NCBI RefSeq assembly: GCF_000223395.1 | Contig: NC_015931.1 | Span: forward strand, 30,001-62,000 | Source of the DNA: Pyrolobus fumarii 1A | Lineage (GTDB): Archaea > Thermoproteota > Thermoprotei_A > Sulfolobales > Pyrodictiaceae | DNA: 32,000 nt | Direction of reading: 5' to 3' | Shown: piece by piece, positions 1 through 7,780 of the stretch | Position numbering within the stretch: the stretch's first letter is position 1 | How the letters are laid out: each line of letters opens with the position of its first letter | The notes under the pieces: generated by a model | Databases searched by the model: none | Told to the model about the DNA's origin: nothing | Seen by the model: the letters and a program-made list of their open reading frames with translations, nothing else | Translations under genes and position numbers: made by a program

Positions 1-2114
1 ACGACGTAACCGTAGGTGAAATCGCTATACTTGCCGCTAGTTGCAACATCAAGCTGTATGCTGTGTATCTCGTGGTAGACCCTACCGCTTCTCGTTATCC
101 TGGGTCTCCTGCTCTCAACAACCCACTCTACACCCGCTGGGAGCTCCACGAGAGGCCCAAAACCAGCTACTGGAGCCTCTACGCGAAGCACTACACTCGT
201 GGATACACGGCCATAGAGAAGGTCTCCGGCTATATCCGGTCTCTCCCTCCACATCAGTTTGACATCCTCATACTCGCCAACCGCCTTCCTCAGCCACTCG
301 TAGCGCTCCACGGCCCTCTCAATAGGCTCCTCGACTATCCTAAGCTTCCCCGCGTCATGCTCCACGACGATGGCGTTTGTGGTGTAGTCGTAGCATCCCG
401 GCTGGAGCCTCTCCACCGCCTCGCGTATCGAAGCCTCCTCTGGCACCCTTTCTTCACGACCATTACGCCGTATGTACCTCTTGTAGCCGTAAGGTGGCCC
501 ATACTCGTAGAACCCAAGGTTGTTCCAGACCTTCATGCCCTTCTCGCTCGGCCAGATGCGCTCGCCAGCAAGCGTATGCTTCACGGTAACCAGGCCGAAC
601 TTCCGGAGAACTTCCTCCTCGTCTGGGTCTAGCTTCAGCCCGCGGAAGGTCTTCCAGAGGCCGCGGAAGAGAGCTGCATAGGCGTTACGCGGATTTATGT
701 AGAGCTTCTCTAGATGGAGCCTGGTCCATTCTCTGACCGCCTCTGCGCCAGCGCGCAAGAGCTTCGAGTCCCACAGCCCCTGAGGTATGAGGACAGACTC
801 TGTGAACGGTATCTCTTTACGTCTGCCTTTCCTACCCTCTCTCTGATGAAACTCGCGTGTATCCGATGGGAGACCAACGTGCACAACACGGACTATCGTC
901 CCTATGTCTATGCCCTGTGCCAGCGTCCTGACTGTAACCACGAGCTTTAATCGTCCTTCACGCGCTGCTCTCTCCACCTCCTCTCTCCTATCTTTAGGCA
1001 CCAGATGATGATGTACAGCAGCGAGACTCTTTGCACGAGGGTTACGGTCTAGCAGCGAACGATAGACGCGCTCAGCATGTCTAATGCTCCTAGTGAAGGC
1101 GAGTGTGACACCATCCTCCTCTAAGTCGAGTATAGCAGAGAGTATCTCAACTGGATCGAGGCTAGGACGTGGCGGTCTTAATCCAATAGCCTCTAGAGCC
1201 TCGTACACCTCGTAAGCTCTCTCTGCGAACTCCTCCTCATCGTCGAGTAGCTCGAGTACCCATGGCACCCGGGAGGCTATCACACTCGCGTTTTGCTTTA
1301 CAAACCGTCTCAGCGCATCTACTCCCTTGCCAAGGACTAGTACGTACCTGTTCGGCGGGCGACGAGGACTACCAGTTATCACACGGCTCTTCCTACCCGT
1401 TATTCTCTCGAGGAGTTTTGCGAGTTCGCCAGGGTTGCCCAGCGTCGCGGTTAATACTGCAACACGTGGAGGCTCAACAGCAATGTATCTCGAGATCAAC
1501 TCCAACATTGCTATGAGAAGATGGGCGCCTCGAGGACCATAGAAGTCCAACTCATCAAGAACTATAAGGTCAACACGTGTCAAGAAGTGTTCTAGGAGGC
1601 CTCTACCGACAGCTATTCTTTTCAGCTCCGCCATGAGAAACGCGGGGTTACTCACAACCACCTTAGCCGCAGATAAAGCCCGGATGACGCCATGCGGGCC
1701 CCCCAGCTTGTCCAAGGTAGGCCTGTCAAGCCTCATTACAGCATGTGGCCCATAGCCTGCTAGTGTATAGTACTTCTCGAGCCTATGGATCTGGTCGGCT
1801 GCCAAAGCTAGAGTCGGGTAGATTGCAAGTACGCGCCATCCCTCTGCCAGAGCCGCTAGAGCCCAGGACTCTGTCTTGCCGGAGCCCGTGCGCGCCGTCA
1901 ATACTATGTTCTCTCCTCGACGTAGAGCCTCGATCGACTCGACTTGGTGCCTATAGAGCCTCCAGGAGCCGACCTCACTGCCGGCAAGCCGTGGCACGAT
2001 ATCAGCGAAGGTCTTTGAGCTAACCTCTGGCTCGGAACCAGCCTCGTCCCAGACTACAACCTGGTAACCAAGGTCGATGAGCTTGCCCGCTACGCTGACA
2101 ACCCTCAACCGCAC
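1..2114 (-). CDS. SF2 DEAD/DEAH-box helicase, COG1205/YprA(MrfA)-like; the C-terminus runs off the left window edge
   Basis: I translated the minus strand by hand. It is open from the in-frame TAG at 2127-2129 down to base 1. Candidate starts are GTG 2123, GTG 2114 and TTG 2108. Motif I LTARTGSGKT lies at ~1872-1900, motif II LIVLDELDFY at ~1541-1570 and motif VI HQREGRKGRR at ~819-848. More than 200 aa follow the core (..LQPGCYDYTTNAIVVEH..) and resemble the DUF1998/MZB-type module. The ORF is missing from the track because it has no stop in the window. Confidence 0.8.
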   Translation of the reverse strand, partial: MRLRVVSVAGKLIDLGYQVVVWDEAGSEPEVSSKTFADIVPRLAGSEVGSWRLYRHQVESIEALRRGENIVLTARTGSGKTESWALAALAEGWRVLAIYPTLALAADQIHRLEKYYTLAGYGPHAVMRLDRPTLDKLGGPHGVIRALSAAKVVVSNPAFLMAELKRIAVGRGLLEHFLTRVDLIVLDELDFYGPRGAHLLIAMLELISRYIAVEPPRVAVLTATLGNPGELAKLLERITGRKSRVITGSPRRPPNRYVLVLGKGVDALRRFVKQNASVIASRVPWVLELLDDEEEFAERAYEVYEALEAIGLRPPRPSLDPVEILSAILDLEEDGVTLAFTRSIRHAERVYRSLLDRNPRAKSLAAVHHHLVPKDRREEVERAAREGRLKLVVTVRTLAQGIDIGTIVRVVHVGLPSDTREFHQREGRKGRRKEIPFTESVLIPQGLWDSKLLRAGAEAVREWTRLHLEKLYINPRNAYAALFRGLWKTFRGLKLDPDEEEVLRKFGLVTVKHTLAGERIWPSEKGMKVWNNLGFYEYGPPYGYKRYIRRNGREERVPEEASIREAVERLQPGCYDYTTNAIVVEHDAGKLRIVEEPIERAVERYEWLRKAVGEYEDVKLMWRERPDIAGDLLYGRVSTSVVLRVEAPVAGFGPLVELPAGVEWVVESRRPRITRSGRVYHEIHSIQLDVATSGKYSDFTYGYV

Positions 2115-2241
2115 TACCCCCACACGCTACGACCAAACCCCTTAACACCTTATCACCCCATTACGTCCCACCGGATTCCCAGACCCGCATTATCAAACAC
2201 TTTCTATAACCGCCGAACGCATAGTTATACCATAACGGCCT

Positions 2242-2568
2242 ATGGGGGTCTATCTCATGCACAAGACACTACCTCTTATCGAAGAAATAGCTAGGAGCAC
2301 GCCCAACCTCGAAGAGTTTGCACGCGAACTCATCCGCACCGGGTACATAGCCTACACAACACACATCCGCCTACCAAAGAGGCACCCGAGGATAGGCACG
2401 CGCATACGCGCACTAGCCGTGTACGTCGGCAGGCACCTGGAGGCGATAGCAGTCAAAGCAGATGGACTTGGAGCAGAGGATCTCAAAATGCTCTCAGATA
2501 CCCTCGGCGTACCAGTTGTAGCATTCGATTCAAACGGAGCAAGAGTCTATCATGCAAGCAGCGCATAA
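2242..2568 (+). CDS. hypothetical protein (108 aa)
   Basis: The ORF is clean and divergent from the helicase. TATA-like TTCTATAA at 2202-2209 and ATAGTTATAC at 2221-2230 lie upstream. An alternative start is ATG 2257 (MHKTLPL..). I recognise no family. Confidence 0.55.
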   Translation: MGVYLMHKTLPLIEEIARSTPNLEEFARELIRTGYIAYTTHIRLPKRHPRIGTRIRALAVYVGRHLEAIAVKADGLGAEDLKMLSDTLGVPVVAFDSNGARVYHASSA

Positions 2569-2571
2569 CAC

Positions 2572-2608
2572 AACATAAGCGGTTAAAGCCTCATCAACGT
2601 TATGTTTT
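2572..2608. terminator. inverted repeat plus T-run between convergent genes
   Basis: AACATAA (2572-2578) pairs with TTATGTT (2600-2606), followed by TTTT at 2605-2608. It sits between the stops at 2568 (+) and 2623 (-). Confidence 0.25.
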
Positions 2609-2622
2609 GCCGCTTCTCCGCT

Positions 2623-3717
2623 TCACGCCGGCCTCGCCACGTATATGTTGTCCTTGCTCCGCAGTACTACAACGTCTATCTCATCGCCCGGATTCCACCG
2701 TTTCAACCCCACTACAGTCACAAGCCTCTTACTATCAGCGCTCACAGCTAGAACCTCCCTCTTCAACCATCCCGGTGCAACGAGAACCACGCGTATGACG
2801 TCACCTTCACGGTAGATCTCTGGGACCTTCCTCGCATACCTCATACCCCATTCCTCCATGCTGGGGATAAGGTTCACACCGAGTTCCCGGCTCCACTCTC
2901 GCAGTCTTCTCCAAAACACGTTCCATGGTATCTCGCGGACACCCGGCGGTTTCCTACCGTGGCGATGCTCTAGGAACTTCTGCACAGTTGCGGGGGGCCA
3001 TCTCTTACCGGCACCTATCTCGACAGCCCACTTCACCACCTGCGGCACATCTTCATCATTAACTCCCGGTATCCACACGGGAGTAACGTGAAGGTCTATT
3101 CTCGTCTCTCTGGCTATGAACTCTGCCAGCTTTTTGACCCGCTCTAAATCGTACCATTCCACTCCGGTCAGCATCTTAGCTTTCATGGCATCAAGCGTGT
3201 CTATACTCAAGTTGATACGGTCCAGGCCTGCACGCTCCCACTCACGCACCACCCGCTCATCCAGACTCTGACCATGCGTCTCAAGAGCTACGCTCTCAAC
3301 CCACGGGCTCTCCTTAAGCCTCCTTATTAGCTCGACAAGCCTCGGGTACGTCGTCGGCTCGCCGACACCGTCTATCAACGCCTCTACACGCACACCCTTA
3401 TAACGAGCAATTTCCTCAACCCACGTGACAAGCCACTCAACATCATCGATTATGAACTCTGCTTGTCTCCATCTACTACTAGGCCCCGCATCAACACTAC
3501 AGAATATGCAGGACAGGTTGCAAAGCGTGGTTGGCCTCACTTGGAGAACATTGGTACCCCTATCTATCACGCCTATGAATACCGTGCCCATGAGGGGCGC
3601 TGGTCTAGAGAGGCGTACAAGTGGTTTCCCCCACACACGGCCATCAACGACAACTCCTTCTACTCCAGGCACTCCCTCCTTTCTACCCTTCTCCACGTCC
3701 TTCAACCACACCATCAC
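2623..3717 (-). CDS. radical SAM protein (COG2100-like, with N- and C-terminal beta-rich extensions)
   Basis: It carries the CxxxCxxC cluster in TTLCNLSCIFCSVDAG, a TIM-barrel-like core with GVGEPT, and a C-terminal PDZ/TRAM-like tail. Confidence 0.85.
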   Translation of the reverse strand: MMVWLKDVEKGRKEGVPGVEGVVVDGRVWGKPLVRLSRPAPLMGTVFIGVIDRGTNVLQVRPTTLCNLSCIFCSVDAGPSSRWRQAEFIIDDVEWLVTWVEEIARYKGVRVEALIDGVGEPTTYPRLVELIRRLKESPWVESVALETHGQSLDERVVREWERAGLDRINLSIDTLDAMKAKMLTGVEWYDLERVKKLAEFIARETRIDLHVTPVWIPGVNDEDVPQVVKWAVEIGAGKRWPPATVQKFLEHRHGRKPPGVREIPWNVFWRRLREWSRELGVNLIPSMEEWGMRYARKVPEIYREGDVIRVVLVAPGWLKREVLAVSADSKRLVTVVGLKRWNPGDEIDVVVLRSKDNIYVARPA

Positions 3718-3885
3718 TAAAGACGTCGGCTAGAAGGGGGTGAATAAGAGGTGGGGAACCATCTACACCTCACAACCAGCTATAGCCAGATACGCATGAC
3801 CCCGCGCCTCTCTAGAGGAGACTCTAACCACACTCACATCAGCGAAGATACCATCAAGCCTCTATTCTAACTTAAGAGTGTGCAC

Positions 3886-3890
3886 AAAAA
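3886..3890 (-). terminator. oligo-T tract downstream of the nuoB-like gene
   Basis: The minus strand reads GCGTTTTTGTGC about 20 nt after the stop at 3910. Confidence 0.35.
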
Positions 3891-3909
3891 CGCATCAAGT
3901 ATTTCGGTT

Positions 3910-4527
3910 TTATTCGTTCTTCTGGCCGCTAGCCACGTCAATGAGAGCTTCCGGCATGTTGCGCTTCAACTCCTCCATAACCGGGGCCATTAGTTCCTCC
4001 AAGAACTTCTTGTCCTCCACGTCTCTGGGCTCGTATTCGCCCCTACGCACCTTCTCCTGTAGCCGTAGTATTGCGCGTGCTACAGCTTCGGGCCGCGGCG
4101 GGCAACCGGGTATGTACACGTCTATCGGAACCACTTTCCACGCTGGCACAACATTGTAACTGTTGTAGAAGACTCCTCCACTCATTGCGCATGCACCCAT
4201 TGCTATGGCGAATTTCGGCCATGGCATCTGTTCCCAGATGATTCTCGCCGCCCTCGCCATCTTCACTGTTAGCGTGCCCTCGATTAGGAGGAGGTTGGTG
4301 TTCCTTGGGGAAAGGAAGGGCAGGAACCCATAACGTTCAGCATCGTACTTGGGTGCGGATGTTGCCGCGAACTCTGCACCGCAACAACTCGTTGTTAGGT
4401 GCACAGGCCATAGACTGAAGGCTATACCCCAGTCGCGTAGTGAACGTATCGGCGTACGTTCTATGAGCCATCTTGCTGCCTTCCGTGCTGACTCCTCTAG
4501 CCTACCTACAAGAATGACGCGAAACAT
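3910..4527 (-). CDS. nuoB: NADH-quinone oxidoreductase subunit B (NuoB/MbhJ family), stand-alone copy with a C-terminal extension
   Basis: All four N2-cluster cysteines are present: TSCCGAEF, GACAMSGGVF and IPGCPPRPE. SLWPV lies N-terminal. About 45 extra charged residues follow the CPP motif. Confidence 0.85.
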   Translation of the reverse strand: MFRVILVGRLEESARKAARWLIERTPIRSLRDWGIAFSLWPVHLTTSCCGAEFAATSAPKYDAERYGFLPFLSPRNTNLLLIEGTLTVKMARAARIIWEQMPWPKFAIAMGACAMSGGVFYNSYNVVPAWKVVPIDVYIPGCPPRPEAVARAILRLQEKVRRGEYEPRDVEDKKFLEELMAPVMEELKRNMPEALIDVASGQKNE

Positions 4528-4599
4528 ACCGCGTTTCTCCCATTTTGCGGGAGGGTGCGGGGGCGTATAACAGTGGGTCTATCCGGACACATCCTGGTC

Positions 4600-4604
4600 A
4601 AAAA
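4600..4604 (-). terminator. oligo-T tract downstream of the 85-aa ORF
   Basis: The minus strand reads CCGTTTTTGACC about 37 nt after the stop at 4641. Confidence 0.3.
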
Positions 4605-4640
4605 CGGTTTGGCAGCTTTATTCTCGCTGTCTTGGATGCG

Positions 4641-4898
4641 TTACAAGTTCTGGTACTGGAAGACGTTCAGTATGGTTTGTGCTAGATGCGGCGGCTTGGT
4701 GTACCACTTGTCGTAGGTGTACTTCTTGCCCTGGAAGTTTAGCTCTACTATCTGGCCCTTATCCTGCAACGTCATTATAGTCTGACCGCTCTTCGAAATC
4801 TTCATGGTCGAGCCGATCACGATTATGCTTATGTCGTCCCTCTGGAGCTTCTCCTTGAGGATGTCTCTAAGCTGTTTGAGGTAGTCGCTCACAGCCAC
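4641..4898 (-). CDS. hypothetical small protein (85 aa)
   Basis: GTG start. The composition is protein-like (..IIVIGSTMKISKSGQTIMTLQDKGQIVELNFQGKKYTYDKW..). GC is lower than the surroundings (126/258 hand-counted, about 49%). Confidence 0.55.
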   Translation of the reverse strand: MAVSDYLKQLRDILKEKLQRDDISIIVIGSTMKISKSGQTIMTLQDKGQIVELNFQGKKYTYDKWYTKPPHLAQTILNVFQYQNL

Positions 4899-4937
4899 AC
4901 ACCAGCTGTCCGGCCGCCCAGAACTCCGCTAATATAT

Positions 4938-5891
4938 CTAGTGGGTTGCCTCGCCAAGACACTTTTCGACTTGCGAGGCAACGAGCCTCGCTATCTGAGC
5001 CTCACCCATAAGCTGAGACGGTCTAGGCGCACCGGCTGCCCGCTTGTGGCCTCCACCGCCAAGCGCCTTAGCTATACACGAGACGTCGAGTTTGACGCTT
5101 CTCAAGCTAATGGCACGCGGATAGACGTACACCTCTACGTCTATGTTCTCGGGGTTCCAGCCACGACTCCACAACAGCTTCTGTATGGTGCAGACGTCGA
5201 CACCGGGTTCCATCGGGATAACTGCCACCTTAACACCATTGTATTCGTATACGCGTAGCCTCGCAGCGACACGCTCAGCTTCACTCATGTAACGCTCTAC
5301 ATGCTCCTCGTAGAGCTGTTGAGCCCAGTCGGGCCACAAGTCACCTCTAGCAAAAGCCTCGACAGCTTTCACTGGGTCGCGAAGAGCCCTCAGGACGATT
5401 CTCCACTTGTCGGCTTCGCTTTCACCAGGCTCGCATGTATCATCGGCTCTCGCTATCCTGACTAGCTTGGCGCTATACTCGTCGTTAAGCCCTAACGTGC
5501 GCGCCACGAGCTCTGCAGACACGTAATCGCGTAGATGGTACACCTCTACGCCGACGTTTAGGAGCCTCTCGGCGGCACCTGACGGCCACGGATGGTGGTC
5601 GAACCAAGCGCTAGGCATACCCTTCAACAAGTTAGCATAGATTATAGCGTCTCCCATCGACTGGACAGCAAGGTCTACTAACGCGATACCAGGCTTACCT
5701 AACATCGACTTTGCCTTGTTGACTACGTTGCGGAGGACTCGTGGTAGACCGCGGACAGTAGAGTGGTGTGCTTCCCAGCGTGCACCCCGGTCGGATGCCC
5801 AGCGGGCTAGAAGCGCGGCACCAACAACACCGTCGAGGTCCCCGTGAAATACTATGTAGAGGCGTCTAACCTTCTCTAGGCTCGTCCTCAA
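4938..5891 (-). CDS. DHH/DHHA1 family phosphoesterase
   Basis: Motifs seen are FHGDLDGVVGAA (DxD), WFDHHPWP (DHH) and GGGHKRAAGA (DHHA1 GGGH). TTG start lies 1 nt after the upstream stop. Confidence 0.85.
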   Translation of the reverse strand: MRTSLEKVRRLYIVFHGDLDGVVGAALLARWASDRGARWEAHHSTVRGLPRVLRNVVNKAKSMLGKPGIALVDLAVQSMGDAIIYANLLKGMPSAWFDHHPWPSGAAERLLNVGVEVYHLRDYVSAELVARTLGLNDEYSAKLVRIARADDTCEPGESEADKWRIVLRALRDPVKAVEAFARGDLWPDWAQQLYEEHVERYMSEAERVAARLRVYEYNGVKVAVIPMEPGVDVCTIQKLLWSRGWNPENIDVEVYVYPRAISLRSVKLDVSCIAKALGGGGHKRAAGAPRPSQLMGEAQIARLVASQVEKCLGEATH

Positions 5892-5892
5892 T

Positions 5893-6063
5893 TTAGCCGC
5901 CCTGCTGTGCCTGCTCTTGCTTCATACGCTCCCATACATCCTTTGGTATGATGTGTAGGCTCTTACCACGCCATTCATACCTACCCTCTTTGAGCGCCTC
6001 CAGGATTTCTCTTGCCACTTTATCATTCGGGTGCTTCTTTAGGTGCCTCTCGAGCCTCCTCAT
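5893..6063 (-). CDS. hypothetical small basic protein (56 aa from ATG 6063; the track ORF extends to 6183)
   Basis: The protein reads MRRLERHLKKHPNDKVAREILEALKEGRYEWRGKS.. The upstream 40 codons are low-complexity (S/R/T/G) and overlap the 3' end of the 6137..6700 gene, so I prefer the ATG at 6063. Confidence 0.4.
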   Translation of the reverse strand: MRRLERHLKKHPNDKVAREILEALKEGRYEWRGKSLHIIPKDVWERMKQEQAQQGG

Positions 6064-6136
6064 CCACCTTATCTTTCTGCTCACGCCTCTCAGCCCCAAC
6101 CCGCCGCGTGTACGAGACCGGGATAAGCTAGTCGCT

Positions 6137-6670
6137 CTACAAGTGATCCTCGCGGAGCCCAAGCTCGTGTATACTCGCTTCACGCGTCTTCGTATCGAGT
6201 ATCGCGACGCTCATCCGGCCGGTTAGACAGCCGCAAGTTTCACCTGGATTGAGCACGATTTTCGCGCCTCGTTTCTCTACGCGAGACTTGTGAGTATGCC
6301 CGTAGAGTACTACGTCAACTGCTCCGCTTTCGGCGAGCGCCTCTACAACGCTCAGTGTCTCTTCCTCGGAGCCCCATCCGTGTAGCATGGCTATCCTTAC
6401 GCCACCCAGCACTTCGATGCGAGGAGGCTCGTAGATGCGGTAGCCTAGGCTTGCAGCGACACGCTCCAATAATCTCCTCTCACCATCATTATTACCATAG
6501 ATGATTATCGCGTCACGCACACCCTGTTCGCGAAGAGCGCGCAACGTAAACGGGGCTACAACATCCCCTAGGTGCACAACCAGCTCAACTCCATGCTCTT
6601 TGAACAATTTTGCCGCTAGTCTTACACCTCTGATATAGTCATGACTGTCGCTCATGACGCCTATTAGCAT
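6137..6670 (-). CDS. MJ0936/YfcE-family metallophosphoesterase
   Basis: Motifs seen are MLIGVMSDSHD, HLGDVV, GNNDGE and HGHTH. The start is placed at ATG 6670 to give the family-typical N-terminus. The track ORF runs to 6700. Confidence 0.85.
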   Translation of the reverse strand: MLIGVMSDSHDYIRGVRLAAKLFKEHGVELVVHLGDVVAPFTLRALREQGVRDAIIIYGNNDGERRLLERVAASLGYRIYEPPRIEVLGGVRIAMLHGWGSEEETLSVVEALAESGAVDVVLYGHTHKSRVEKRGAKIVLNPGETCGCLTGRMSVAILDTKTREASIHELGLREDHL

Positions 6671-6745
6671 GCTCGCCGCCCGTAATCGCTGTGGGGCCAC
6701 TCCGTTTTTCAGTAGTTGCTCTTCGCGGGGCTATAGAGCAACGGG

Positions 6746-7312
6746 ATGGCGGGGTTGGGGTTACGTTTCGTGCTCATAGCTGGCATGCCCGGTGCAGGCA
6801 AGAGCATCGTAGCCAGAGTTGCTAGGGAACTTGGCTTGCCGGTCTTCACTATGGGTGATGTTGTCAGAGAGGAGGTTAGAAGGAGGGGTTTGGAGCCAAC
6901 ACCCGCCAATATGAACAAGGTGGCTACAGAGCTGCGCAAGCTGTACGGAAAGACTGTCATAGCCGAGAGGACCCTAGACGCTATCAAGAAGAGCGGCATC
7001 CGGGATGGCATTATAGTGATAGACGGTGTTCGTAGCCTAGAGGAGGTCGACGTGTTTAGCAGTTATGCGCCAGTGACTATAGTAGCTGTCCATGCTTCAC
7101 CAAAAACTCGATTCGAGCGTCTACGCGCCCGTGGTCGCCCTGGCGATCCACGCACATGGGAGGAGTTCAGAGCACGCGATCTGATGGAGCTAGGATTCGG
7201 CCTTGGTAATGTGATAGCACTCGCCGACTACATGCTAGTGAATGATGGCGTGACGCTGGACGAATTCGTGTCGCAAGCCAAACGCCTCTTAGAAGCTATG
7301 ATAAGGGGGTAG
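6746..7312 (+). CDS. P-loop nucleotide kinase-like protein, archaeal UPF0200 family
   Basis: It has Walker A GMPGAGKS plus the family-typical stretches MGDVVREE, IDGVRSLEEV, HASPKTRFERL..RGRPGDP and LADYMLVNDG. Confidence 0.8.
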   Translation: MAGLGLRFVLIAGMPGAGKSIVARVARELGLPVFTMGDVVREEVRRRGLEPTPANMNKVATELRKLYGKTVIAERTLDAIKKSGIRDGIIVIDGVRSLEEVDVFSSYAPVTIVAVHASPKTRFERLRARGRPGDPRTWEEFRARDLMELGFGLGNVIALADYMLVNDGVTLDEFVSQAKRLLEAMIRG

Positions 7313-7330
7313 ATTGTAAAGAGCCTCTAG

Positions 7331-7780
7331 ATGGGTGCCAACGTGCCGAGAGTGAGAGTTGAAGCCGAGATTAGGCCAACTGAGGACCCCGAGAAGGTAA
7401 AGCAAGCAGTCCTCAACGTCTTCATACCAGACCGCATCAGGATCGAAGAGTATGGCGAGTATCGTTTGCTCGTCGCAGAGGCCGACAGCCTTAGGAGCCT
7501 AGAGAGGCTACATCAGCTTCTTCGCCAAGATAGGATACTTGACGCTGCACGACGTCATATGACGAGGGGTGTCGAAAAGGGCTTCCTAGTCTTCAAGCTA
7601 AACAAGCAAGTAGCTCTCGTAGGGCACGTATCTTTTGTAGACATGGATAGCGAGGCGCCGATGGGCCCCATAACGTTCATAGTGGAGTGGGACAAGCCAG
7701 AGGAGGTAGTTGACTGGCTCGCGCCACCAACCCGAATGGGTAGACCGATTTACGAGAAGCCTAGACCAGACGCATCTTAG
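7331..7780 (+). CDS. archaeal UPF0201 (COG1931) RNA-binding-like protein
   Basis: Motifs seen are IRPTEDPEKVKQAVLNVF, ILDAARRH, FKLNKQVALVG and VDWLAPPTRMGRP. It lies immediately downstream of UPF0200 on the same strand. Confidence 0.75.
   Translation: MGANVPRVRVEAEIRPTEDPEKVKQAVLNVFIPDRIRIEEYGEYRLLVAEADSLRSLERLHQLLRQDRILDAARRHMTRGVEKGFLVFKLNKQVALVGHVSFVDMDSEAPMGPITFIVEWDKPEEVVDWLAPPTRMGRPIYEKPRPDAS

Noticed and set aside
1004-1012. GAUGAUGA on the plus strand inside the helicase gene; other UGAUGA hits inside coding regions (for example ~10910, ~11835, ~15440, ~21640)
   Set aside because: No CUGA or D' box lies at the required 12-nt spacing, and all hits sit within coding sequence.
41-2023. 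Plus-strand track ORFs at 41-262, 63-632, 377-589, 714-950, 1262-1516, 1327-1542 and 1745-2023
   Set aside because: All are antisense or out of frame to the continuous minus-strand helicase reading frame, which carries clear SF2 motifs. Their sequences are R/S/P/L-rich with no motifs.
5893-6183. Resemblance of ..LERHLKKHPNDKVAREILE.. to the ribosomal protein uS15 helix
   Set aside because: Only a short helix-like stretch is similar. The rest of uS15 is absent and the ORF is too short, so it is left as hypothetical.
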